Below, piece by piece: positions 30,440 through 39,510 of a DNA stretch of 64,000 nt. A program made the translations under genes and the position numbers. How positions within the stretch are numbered: the stretch's first letter is position 1; each line of letters begins with the position of its first letter. Origin of the DNA: a virus. The notes beneath the pieces were generated by a model. The model did not search any database and had not been told where the DNA came from. It saw only the letters and a program-made list of their open reading frames with translations. The stretch spans positions 1-64,000 of IMG/VR virus record IMGVR_UViG_3300042197_004553. One strand, 5' to 3'.

Positions 30440-31381
30440 TCAACTCTCGCAGCCAAGGTCGTTCAGTCGGCTGCCCAACACCACCAGGGACATTTGCGTG
30501 ACTTCAGCGTTCAGGCGGCTGACAAAATTTTGCAACGTGGTCACGCCGTCACCGAAACGGTCGATTTGCGTGGCGAGTTCGTCGAGTTCGGCGCAGCCGC
30601 AGCAGGGCTGTGCGCAGGTATCGCTAAACGACAGGCTATTTACGCCGGGCGTTACTTCGAGGCACTCGTTGGCCACGAGCGTAAACGTGCCGTTGTCGCT
30701 GCACACGCCGTTGATGCACCGGATACACTCGCCGTCCGCCGGCGTCGGGCACACGCAGTCCGCGTTCAGATTTGCGCCAGAAATGGCGTCAAAAATAATT
30801 TTGGTGTCGTCCGCCGTATACGCTACGCTCAGCCGCACATTCGTGCCGGCGACGAGTGTGACGTCGCCATAGATGTATGGGCTCGATTGCAGGTTGTTGG
30901 TTACACGCAAGCGCGAGACGCCACGAATTGCCGGCCGAATAACGTCGGGCTCCAGCGCCGTTGCCGCGTACTCAAACGTGTAAAACCCGGGCGCCACCGC
31001 GTCGATTTCGGCCAAACTGCCGAGCACAAGATGGCCGATAGTGTCGTCATAGTCGCCGATGCCGCCCAAGGCGTAAGACTGATTGGCGGTAAAAGCCGCC
31101 CGAGCGATATTTGCGCCGGCTACGTCGGTTACACTGTCGTCGCTGTTGAGATACCCGACGACCACGCTAAAACCGGTCGGGCTAATCAGGATATTTCGGA
31201 TGAAAAACCGGTCTGCCGTCACGTTGGCGGCGGCACTGATTGGCAGATACATCGAAACAATAAAACTGTCGGGCAGCCTGCAGGTGCCGCTTTCGTCAAG
31301 TTTTGTGGCCCAGTTCGTCAGCGGGTACGAACGCTGGGAGTTGTGGTTGAGCCACTGCAGGTTCCAGTGTCCGATTGGCAT
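30440..31381 (-). CDS. Tail/baseplate-associated Cys-rich protein
   Basis: WLNHNSQRSYPL, RCINGV, CAQPCCGC followed by a coiled coil. Confidence 0.7.
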   Translation of the reverse strand: MPIGHWNLQWLNHNSQRSYPLTNWATKLDESGTCRLPDSFIVSMYLPISAAANVTADRFFIRNILISPTGFSVVVGYLNSDDSVTDVAGANIARAAFTANQSYALGGIGDYDDTIGHLVLGSLAEIDAVAPGFYTFEYAATALEPDVIRPAIRGVSRLRVTNNLQSSPYIYGDVTLVAGTNVRLSVAYTADDTKIIFDAISGANLNADCVCPTPADGECIRCINGVCSDNGTFTLVANECLEVTPGVNSLSFSDTCAQPCCGCAELDELATQIDRFGDGVTTLQNFVSRLNAEVTQMSLVVLGSRLNDLGCES

Positions 31382-31395
31382 GGCGGCTCACCTGT

Positions 31396-33552
31396 TTATT
31401 CCGTAGCGCTTTGTACGATACCCGCAATCCGCAACACACCCACGTCGTTATCGTATGCGTCGCCCGGCGTGAGTTGCCGCTCGATGGTGACAAGCACTGT
31501 ATCGCCGGCTTGTACGGCAAACTCTGCGCTGTCACACTCGGCAACCGTGTCGATTGGCAACTGTTTGGCGGATGACGAAAAATCTAAACTGGTATCAACG
31601 GTCGGGAGTTGCAGGGCTCCCGAGAAAGGCCGCGGCAGGCGGCGATACGACATGTACAACTCGGGCAGTTGCGAGTTGGTCAGTGGCGTACCGAAGCGAC
31701 CGAACAAACGCACGCGGATTTTCATTTTGAGATTCTGATCGACGTTGGCCTCCGGCACGTTTAGCCGGACGCGCAACAACGAATTCTGCCCGGCCGGAAA
31801 TCCCAGGTACGGGATGTCCATATACAGCCGTTCGACCGTGTCGCTCAGCCGGATGATTTGCGGCGCGAGTTCCCGCTCCACCAGATCGTCGGTGTAGTCC
31901 ACCCGGAGTAACCCCTGATGAATGGGCACGGGGTTTTCTGTGGTGATGCCGAGGGCGGTTTTTTCGGCCGACGTCAGCAGCCGACCGGACACCAGTTTGT
32001 AGGTGCCCGTGCCTGCGGCTGTCGTCGCGACTGGCGTCCCCGCCAGTGTTGTGGCGATTTTAAACGTATTCGCCGTCAGGTCTTTGGCGGCGATAAAATA
32101 CTCCGCATTGGCTGTGAGCCCGGCGGGGAGAACGCTCGCGGCGTCCGGGACGAGGCGGACCTTGGCACCTGGGCCGAACCCGTGCCCTGTGGCGGTAAAC
32201 ACAGTTTCTACGCCGTGGGCGATTGTGACTGCTCGCGGCGTGTTTCGACTGCCGCGGATGGCTAGATACGTCGGCGTCGTGGTGACCACTCCTTCGGCCG
32301 CCCAACCGACGACCAATTGGTGGCGATTGGCGACGCTTTTCACCACCTGCCCGCCAATGCCTTCTTGTTTTGCTGTCTGTAAATCGAGATTAAGTTTCAA
32401 ATCGCCGGTGGTCGCCGGCAAATCGTCGCAGTTTGTGACGGCAACGGGAGCCGTGATTGTTTCGCCATTGACGATGTCTTCGTCCGGCGCCAGACTCGTT
32501 ACGACACTGCGGTTGTTTCCCAACAGCATCCGCAGGAACACGACAGACAGCCGCATGGCTTCTCCGCGCGGGCACTCCGATCCGGGACTAGTCGGGTCGA
32601 CCCACGTTGGCGAGTAAGTCGCCGGCCACGGGACGTCGTTGGCGCAGTCGCTCATCCACCAAATGCCGTTGACGTCGCAGACCACCAATCCCGAGCGCCC
32701 GAGTGGCACCTCTGTGGCGCCGAGGAGGTTTGCGCCTTTGTCCCACAGCACGGATACGGACTGAATCGGGATCGGCGGCCAGACATTGGCCAGTGCCGCG
32801 TGTTTTTGAATGTTGTATCCGAACACCGCGCCAGCCGGTGCTTTCCCGTTAAACACGGCGTGGCTGGCCGGCAGCCAACCCTGCAGTTCCGCGTTGGGAT
32901 TGGTGACGATGCGGCGCGGTTGCGGGTCGGTGGTGAGCGTGTTCGTGCCGGCGGGCTGCGCGACGAGGTCGAAACGATAATGTGTGTGCTCTTCGACATA
33001 GTCGCGGGCTTGCGGCATGACGAGGACGCGCAACTGGTCAGAACAGTTGTCGCGAGAGCCCTGCACGTGACAGACCACGACGGTAACCGGTGGCTTTTGC
33101 TTGGAGAGTTTTCCAGGCTCCACGGCTGACAAGTAATATTTACCCGGCGTCACCGTTTCCCCGATTGATTGTGTTAACTCCGGAAAAGTGACCAGACCCC
33201 GCAGCACAATGTCGGCACGGTCGGCGGCCTTTTTCTTGTAGCACATGCCGACGCAGTCCGAGGACGGCTGGACGCTAAAAATCTGCGTGGTGTCGTCTAG
33301 CGTGACGGCGACCATCGCTGGTTCGTAGCGGCTGGCGGCCCAGTTCCAGTACACCGGCTGCCCCGGTTGCACGTCCGGAGACACGGTGGCGTCAACTTCG
33401 AAAAGCGCGCGGCCCAGTTCGGCCGCGTCCAGCCGATCTTTTAAGTACTCGGTACGCTCTTCAAGCGTGCGGTCGGGGCGGCCGACGACGCCAGCCTGCA
33501 CAGGTTCGCCTGTGGCGACGTGTTTGATGTTGTACGGCCAGTTTCCGGACAT
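31396..33552 (-). CDS. Tail/baseplate structural protein (718 aa)
   Basis: N-terminal V.AGVVGRP...LEERT.YLK resembles fibre attachment domains; position in the tail cluster. Confidence 0.65.
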   Translation of the reverse strand: MSGNWPYNIKHVATGEPVQAGVVGRPDRTLEERTEYLKDRLDAAELGRALFEVDATVSPDVQPGQPVYWNWAASRYEPAMVAVTLDDTTQIFSVQPSSDCVGMCYKKKAADRADIVLRGLVTFPELTQSIGETVTPGKYYLSAVEPGKLSKQKPPVTVVVCHVQGSRDNCSDQLRVLVMPQARDYVEEHTHYRFDLVAQPAGTNTLTTDPQPRRIVTNPNAELQGWLPASHAVFNGKAPAGAVFGYNIQKHAALANVWPPIPIQSVSVLWDKGANLLGATEVPLGRSGLVVCDVNGIWWMSDCANDVPWPATYSPTWVDPTSPGSECPRGEAMRLSVVFLRMLLGNNRSVVTSLAPDEDIVNGETITAPVAVTNCDDLPATTGDLKLNLDLQTAKQEGIGGQVVKSVANRHQLVVGWAAEGVVTTTPTYLAIRGSRNTPRAVTIAHGVETVFTATGHGFGPGAKVRLVPDAASVLPAGLTANAEYFIAAKDLTANTFKIATTLAGTPVATTAAGTGTYKLVSGRLLTSAEKTALGITTENPVPIHQGLLRVDYTDDLVERELAPQIIRLSDTVERLYMDIPYLGFPAGQNSLLRVRLNVPEANVDQNLKMKIRVRLFGRFGTPLTNSQLPELYMSYRRLPRPFSGALQLPTVDTSLDFSSSAKQLPIDTVAECDSAEFAVQAGDTVLVTIERQLTPGDAYDNDVGVLRIAGIVQSATE

Positions 33553-33574
33553 CCTTGTCCTCCGGCGTTAATGA

Positions 33575-34210
33575 CTACTCGAACGCAATCGACCACGTCA
33601 GCCCAATTTGCGATGACGCTTCTTTAGTAACCTGATTCGCGGGCTGAAACATCGTCCGCGCAAAAATGACGTCTTTTGTGCGGTCGCTAAAAGTTGGAGC
33701 AGCAACGAGCGCGGCGGCAAACACCTTGCTTGACCCGCCGGCGCCATTGTGGCTGAACGGCTTGCCGTGAACTCCTGTCGTGCCCGCTGTTTGTGCGAAA
33801 AACGTCAGTTTGTTGAGTTGCTGCTCCGTGGGCAAATTGGCTTCGAATCCGGTCGATACGCCGCCGGTCGGTTCCAGAATCAACGGAATGCGTAAAAAGT
33901 CGCGGGCGCCGGATGTGGCTAAATTGTTGTAATAACTGATTCCAATATCGCGCCCAAACGACCCGACCGCGATCGGCACTTCTGGGTCGGTCTGATTTTC
34001 AAACTCGATGTACAACGCGGAAATGGCGTAATTCGGCCGGTCAGGACTGGGGCGGTAGCCGATCTGGCGGGCGGCGATATATCCCCATGAATACTGAATC
34101 TGATTGGGCTGAGACCCAAGCAGCGTCTGGGCGCCGGACAGTCCGTCAATTCGCCATAGCGTGATCTGGCCGTGGACGCCGCTGCTGCCGTAAACATTGT
34201 CGTTTGTCAT
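33575..34210 (-). CDS. Baseplate-associated protein
   Basis: Position; C-terminal FART...K.....IGLTW.I.F. Confidence 0.6.
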   Translation of the reverse strand: MTNDNVYGSSGVHGQITLWRIDGLSGAQTLLGSQPNQIQYSWGYIAARQIGYRPSPDRPNYAISALYIEFENQTDPEVPIAVGSFGRDIGISYYNNLATSGARDFLRIPLILEPTGGVSTGFEANLPTEQQLNKLTFFAQTAGTTGVHGKPFSHNGAGGSSKVFAAALVAAPTFSDRTKDVIFARTMFQPANQVTKEASSQIGLTWSIAFE

Positions 34211-34217
34211 GGGTTCC

Positions 34218-36074
34218 TCATTGACACGTGCCGGACAATTTTGTCAGGACGGCGCCCTCATCGGTGACATAGGCCGGGGTAACAGTATCGCTCTGCGGCT
34301 CTAACCCCGTAAATTGCTGGAATGTTTCGGTAATGACTTGTGCAGACTTTATTTTGTCGTCGGCAAGGTGGAGTTCGAACACCACAATCATGGCCGTTTG
34401 TGGCGGCAAAATCTGGCGCAAGTGCCGTATATTGTACAATCCCAACCGATTTTGTCCCAGCGCGGCCGCGTCTATTTTGACAACAAAAACATTGTTGCGC
34501 AGCACGTTTTCAATCAAAAACCGCATGGGATTAATTGTGGCGGGCAGGTGGTGTGCTGTTGGCTCGCCGCTCGGGTTTTGTCGTCGGTCAAGGAGATGCG
34601 CCAGCGTGCCCAGTTTTTTTACAACAGGCAACCGTGTAATCTCTGTATACGCCCCGCTGCCGTCCGGCCGTACAAGCCATTCGTAATATTTTTGATCATC
34701 CACAGTCACGTACACGCGACCCGCCAATCCCGGAGTTGGCAGGGCGGCAAGCGTTGGATAGGCCAGGGGATCAGCAAAACACGGGACGGCTGCCACGCTC
34801 GCGGCGGCTACGCCCCGATTGTGAAGTTCGTCAAAAAACCGCGCCGCGTCGTTTGGAAATCCGCCAAGAGGAAAACTGACAAACGTATATCCAGAGCCGT
34901 GCGCCGTATCGACGTGGAGCGGTAGTTCTCGGTTTTCAAAAACCAGATCGCCGTAAAAACAAGTGGCAAGAAATCCGGCGTCGAGCGCCAATGCCGCAAG
35001 TGGTTGCGGCGGTGGCGGGCAGCGCTGGGTGTCGTCCAGCACGATGTCGTCTTGATTTTCTGCCGCCACCGTATCGTACGTGTTGGTCACCAAAAATCTG
35101 GTGATGTCGGGGCGGACCACGGCGGCGTCGGCGGCGTATGTGTTGCCGACAAAAAATTCATTGATCTCAAACCCGCGCACTAGTTGCGCCCCGCCGCCGA
35201 CCGTGTCGCCAACCCGTACGGCGGGCGTCGCCGTGTCGGCGAACTTGTACACGTTTTTGTCGGTCGCGATTAGGAGGCCGTCATTCCCATATTCGACGAC
35301 TTCGACTGTTTCTTGCGGCTCAATGACGAGCGGAATTCCGCAGATTGCAGAAAAGGCAATGTCTAAGTTTTGGGCGGACATACCGCCGTCAAGGAGACCG
35401 CTAAAAATGGTATTGACGAGTGTCTTGTAGTTTTCGCTTGTCCGCAACCGGAGCCCGACCGCATACGCGAATTGGTCAAAAACATATTCGTAGTCAAATT
35501 CTCCGTAAAACCCCCACAGCAAAAGTTCTTCGTCCGCCGCGCTGGCCGTTCCGCCCGCCCGCTTCAAAAAGCCAGGATTGTCGAACGGGTTTTGTGTAAA
35601 CACCAGGGCGTTGCGCCGGACGTCGATCAAGAAATCAACCGCGCCCGCGAGCGCGACCGTGGGAAATGTGATTTTGTTAAAAATATGACTGAGTCCGCGT
35701 AATTTTGCCGGCAATGGAAATGAATACAGTTGCGACTGCGCTACGCCGTCAAAAACCAGTTGCCCATCAAACTGCCCGGTGTTTTCATTAAACAGCACCA
35801 CGTTCGTGAGCGCCGTGTTTAATTCGCTGCGCCGCAATACAATCGGCACCAGGAGTTCTTTGTGGAACAGCGGTACGTCGTAGCGACTTAGCGCCGCCAC
35901 TGTCTCCAGCAACGTGCGGTGCGTTTGGGCTAACGTGTAGGCCGTCGCGCCGGCATACGACGTCAGTTGGTCAGCCGCGGTGTACGTGCGCGACCAGAAC
36001 GTGCCCAGCAACGACAGCAAAATCCTGCTGCGGTCAAGGTCTGATCCGGGATAGACGTATTCAGTTTTTGCCAT
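34218..36074 (-). CDS. Baseplate wedge protein (putative)
   Basis: Directly downstream of the J-like gene. Confidence 0.55.
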   Translation of the reverse strand: MAKTEYVYPGSDLDRSRILLSLLGTFWSRTYTAADQLTSYAGATAYTLAQTHRTLLETVAALSRYDVPLFHKELLVPIVLRRSELNTALTNVVLFNENTGQFDGQLVFDGVAQSQLYSFPLPAKLRGLSHIFNKITFPTVALAGAVDFLIDVRRNALVFTQNPFDNPGFLKRAGGTASAADEELLLWGFYGEFDYEYVFDQFAYAVGLRLRTSENYKTLVNTIFSGLLDGGMSAQNLDIAFSAICGIPLVIEPQETVEVVEYGNDGLLIATDKNVYKFADTATPAVRVGDTVGGGAQLVRGFEINEFFVGNTYAADAAVVRPDITRFLVTNTYDTVAAENQDDIVLDDTQRCPPPPQPLAALALDAGFLATCFYGDLVFENRELPLHVDTAHGSGYTFVSFPLGGFPNDAARFFDELHNRGVAAASVAAVPCFADPLAYPTLAALPTPGLAGRVYVTVDDQKYYEWLVRPDGSGAYTEITRLPVVKKLGTLAHLLDRRQNPSGEPTAHHLPATINPMRFLIENVLRNNVFVVKIDAAALGQNRLGLYNIRHLRQILPPQTAMIVVFELHLADDKIKSAQVITETFQQFTGLEPQSDTVTPAYVTDEGAVLTKLSGTCQ

Positions 36075-36076
36075 AA

Positions 36077-37735
36077 TCAGCCGGTGAAACCTGCGGAGGT
36101 GTATGAAACCGAAACGTCGTCAGGGCTCACAATAAAGACCGTGGTGCGGCCGGTTGTCAGCCGGCTCGGGTCGTCAGGAATGGTGAGCGTCGTGGCGTCG
36201 CGGAGATAGTGCACCGTGCCGTCAGGCCGGCGAATTCTGCCGAACATGTCAATCTGGCCAAGCGCCTGCCGTCCCGTTAAAAATTTGTGTGCGGCACTGG
36301 CAATGACTGATGCATGCAATTGCCCAGAGAACCCGATTGCGCTCACGGCGTTCGCTACTGCTTTTTGAATAGCGGCAATTGTTTCGGCGGTCAGGGTCTC
36401 GTTGTTCTCGGTCCGCACCTCCAATGAAACTTTTGTAAAACACGGCACGGCCGCTTTAACGAGAAGGTCTGTTGCGCGGGGTCGATTGTTGCGCGACGTC
36501 AGCGTGTCGTGAATGTCGGCGATCAATGGCATCCCCCGTGTTGTGACGGTGTACCTCGCCTTGCTCTGTTGCGGCACCAAATTCGTCGACAACTTGTCAC
36601 TGTCTTCAAACCGCACCACCGCGGTTTGGTAGCGCGTGTATGCGCCCTCGATCGTGTAAAGAATGTCTGGTACGTACGAAATCTGTGACAGATCGACGCC
36701 GCGCTCATCGCTGAGCACGGCATACCCGTTCGTTGTCCGATCTGCTGGGCCGGCAATCCGTGTGATGTCATAGAAACCCGGCGCAACGTCGCGGTCCAGT
36801 ACGACCTGCCAGATGGTTCCGCCGGTGCCGACGCCGATGTAGGTCGCCTCTAACGTGTGATCCAGTTCCTGCGCGGCGGCGGTCGTTTGCAGGTACAAAT
36901 CGACTTTCCCGCCCCCTGAAACCGGAAAGAGGCTGTGTTGGTCGCGCTGTTGTTCTGCGTCGCCGCAACCCAGCACAGAACAGTGCAGCACGTTGACGAA
37001 TGCGGGTTGATTACGGATAAAGGCTTCATAACTTTTGCGGCCGCCGATCGTCTTCGCCGCCAGCCCGGTTGCCAGTGTTTGGAGGTACTCCTCGTTGGTA
37101 CGCGGGTTCCGGCCGCCCGTAAAGTCTCCTGTGGCAAAAATATCGGACACGTTGCTGGGCACGATGTTGGCGCGCAATTTTGTGCCCCGGCGGATATTGC
37201 CAACAATACCGGCCGTTGTCGCCACGAATGGCACACTGACTGTGTACGTCCCGTCGCCGACCGGAATCATGACTTTTTCGCTTGTCGCGTCTTGTACTTT
37301 GGCTTCCTGCCCTGGCGGAAACACGGTAAACGTCTGAGCCGGACGAAATTCCGCGTCACCGGCCGAATAAACATGTGCCGACGAAATTGTGGTGACGACG
37401 TCCAGCAGAAACACAAACGTGACCGAACCGGTAGCCGGCGTGCCAGCCCCGCGGCTGATATTGAAATTGGACAGAACCTGATCGACTAACTCGGATTCGG
37501 CTAGCGCCGGGTTTTGCGTGATCTTCAGCAGACTGTTGCTCTGCCGCACCCGCTCGATGTTTTCTCGGACCGCCGTATTTAAAACGCTGTTAAAATACAG
37601 CACCAGATCGTGAAACACGCCGCGGGTGAGTTCTACGTCCGGATGCGCTTCTTGCATCAGTTGCGCCATAGTCGTCAGCGTCGTGGCGATGCTTTCCGGG
37701 TCTAACTCGCGCAAATTGTCGATTTCAAGCGGCAT
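36077..37735 (-). CDS. Baseplate J-like wedge protein
   Basis: R..G.PATGSVTF, ATTAGIVGNI, FTGG...TNEEY..., GGKVDLY. Confidence 0.8.
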   Translation of the reverse strand: MPLEIDNLRELDPESIATTLTTMAQLMQEAHPDVELTRGVFHDLVLYFNSVLNTAVRENIERVRQSNSLLKITQNPALAESELVDQVLSNFNISRGAGTPATGSVTFVFLLDVVTTISSAHVYSAGDAEFRPAQTFTVFPPGQEAKVQDATSEKVMIPVGDGTYTVSVPFVATTAGIVGNIRRGTKLRANIVPSNVSDIFATGDFTGGRNPRTNEEYLQTLATGLAAKTIGGRKSYEAFIRNQPAFVNVLHCSVLGCGDAEQQRDQHSLFPVSGGGKVDLYLQTTAAAQELDHTLEATYIGVGTGGTIWQVVLDRDVAPGFYDITRIAGPADRTTNGYAVLSDERGVDLSQISYVPDILYTIEGAYTRYQTAVVRFEDSDKLSTNLVPQQSKARYTVTTRGMPLIADIHDTLTSRNNRPRATDLLVKAAVPCFTKVSLEVRTENNETLTAETIAAIQKAVANAVSAIGFSGQLHASVIASAAHKFLTGRQALGQIDMFGRIRRPDGTVHYLRDATTLTIPDDPSRLTTGRTTVFIVSPDDVSVSYTSAGFTG

Positions 37736-37737
37736 GG

Positions 37738-38247
37738 CTAGTCTCGCGGCAAAATTTCGATCGGAACAACGACGTTACGGGTGTCGCCAGCTAAACTGAC
37801 AATTCTAACACCCAGCGTTAAAAAGACGGCACTCGTTCCGGACTGTTGGGTGACCGCACTGCTTGGCAAGAGGCCGACGTTCAACAACTCTGCTGACGCG
37901 AACCGCTCGTCGTTGGGCGTCGCGTCTGTCTCTTCTAGCGCTAGATTAACCCGGATCACTGCGTCGGCTGCGGAGAACGCGGCGCGCACGTCAATGGGCA
38001 AGCGAAATCGCCCCTGCCGCGCCAGCCGCATAAACTCGCAACCGCGATCAGGGCGGCCAATCATGGTGCCGCGTTCTGTTAAAAACTCCAGCAGCCACCG
38101 TTGGGCGAGTTTTTGGATTCCGGTGGTGATCTGTCCGGATGTAGTCGCGTCAAATAATTCCAATGCGATTTTACGCTCACCCGTCGCCGCGGTGTTTCGC
38201 AGCGCAAGATAGTCGTATGTTCTGCCAACATAATCTGCCAATGCCAT
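37738..38247 (-). CDS. Baseplate gp25/W-like protein
   Basis: ITTGIQKLAQRWLLEFLT..G....PDRGCEF...DER; adjacent to J. Confidence 0.65.
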   Translation of the reverse strand: MALADYVGRTYDYLALRNTAATGERKIALELFDATTSGQITTGIQKLAQRWLLEFLTERGTMIGRPDRGCEFMRLARQGRFRLPIDVRAAFSAADAVIRVNLALEETDATPNDERFASAELLNVGLLPSSAVTQQSGTSAVFLTLGVRIVSLAGDTRNVVVPIEILPRD

Positions 38248-38250
38248 ATG

Positions 38251-38700
38251 TCACCCGCCGTTGTCGATAGCGCTCTGTACGCCGTCTTTCAAAAAACTGA
38301 AGATGCTCCGGCCAAGTTGTCCGTGCCCATCCAGCCGGCCGTGGGCTAGGGCGGCACAGCGGGCAAAACTGGCGTGCCGCGTCCGAAACGCGCGCTCTTC
38401 CACGGCCATAAAATCCGCTTGCCATTTCATTGCCAGTAAGTCGCCGCACGTCCCGCCGAGATTGCCGGGACCCTTGAGCACTTCGTCGGAGTACACGCGA
38501 TTAATTTCGTTGCGGTCCCACGCGTCATTGTGCAACGAGGGGACATCCAGCGGGTCCTGCAGCGTGTCTGGCACGTTCCACGTTCGATACGCCGTGTAGG
38601 TGCGAAAATGATCCGCCGCTTCGCGGGCGTGCTGCTCCAACGACGTAATCCGCGACGAGAACTTTTCATCAATCACGCCAGTGCGTGTGCCGTGCGCCAT
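38251..38700 (-). CDS. Hypothetical protein
   Basis: ORF with GAGGTG SD. Confidence 0.65.
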   Translation of the reverse strand: MAHGTRTGVIDEKFSSRITSLEQHAREAADHFRTYTAYRTWNVPDTLQDPLDVPSLHNDAWDRNEINRVYSDEVLKGPGNLGGTCGDLLAMKWQADFMAVEERAFRTRHASFARCAALAHGRLDGHGQLGRSIFSFLKDGVQSAIDNGG

Positions 38701-38708
38701 GAATCACC

Positions 38709-39500
38709 TCAAAAGTTATGCGTGTATCGCCGGTCGATCATGTTTTGAATTTTGGCGGCGCGCTGACTGACGGCTCCGGGTGAAATGTTGAGCCGCCGGG
38801 CAATGTCCTGTGTCGTCGTCTGCCGGCGGCCATTTCGGCCCAAGGTTAAATCCATGATGAGTTTGTCGGTTGGCGTCAGATCGCCGTACACGAAATCCAG
38901 CCACGCGTCTGTGCTTTTGGTGTAATTTGGCAGAGTACTGGCGACATCGGTATTAGCTGCCATGCCCGCGGCGACAGGCTGGTGGAACGATCGAATTTTT
39001 TTAATGCGCCGCGTGGACAAGCCGGAGGCGTCGGCGATTTCGTCGTCCGTCGGATCGCGGCTTAGGTCATCTCGCAACTCGTTCTCAATCTGGGCCAGTC
39101 GTTGAAAATCTAACCCAACCTGCTCCGGTAATGAAATGATGTTTTGCTCTTTGGCGGCCAGTCGCCGCAGCCGGTGCATTTGCGACAACAGGTGTGTTTT
39201 TACATTTCCTTTTTGTGGGTCATACGACTGCAGCGCACTTAAAGCCATTAACTTGGCGCGCGTTTTAATGACAGGGCTCGCGTTGGCGCCGACATAACTG
39301 TTCAATGCCGTGTCGATAATCGGCTGCACGGTGCCGAGTATTTTTGTGTTCATCTCCGGCGTGGCGGTTTGTTGCCACTGCGGGTACACCGTGTCGAAGT
39401 CGGCTGAGGCGCCGTGCGTCGTCTGCCCGGAGAACGGTGCCGGCACATCGCCCAGGATCGAGGGCATACCGCGCGGAGCAGAAAATTGAGTTTTTGGCAT
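38709..39500 (-). CDS. RNA polymerase sigma factor, sigma70 family (group 3-like)
   Basis: Region 2 AL.SYDPQKG.VKTH, region 3 LRDDLSRDPTDDEIADASGLS, region 4 TTQDIARRLNISPGAVSQ. Confidence 0.82.
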   Translation of the reverse strand: MPKTQFSAPRGMPSILGDVPAPFSGQTTHGASADFDTVYPQWQQTATPEMNTKILGTVQPIIDTALNSYVGANASPVIKTRAKLMALSALQSYDPQKGNVKTHLLSQMHRLRRLAAKEQNIISLPEQVGLDFQRLAQIENELRDDLSRDPTDDEIADASGLSTRRIKKIRSFHQPVAAGMAANTDVASTLPNYTKSTDAWLDFVYGDLTPTDKLIMDLTLGRNGRRQTTTQDIARRLNISPGAVSQRAAKIQNMIDRRYTHNF

Positions 39501-39510
39501 AAAACACGCG

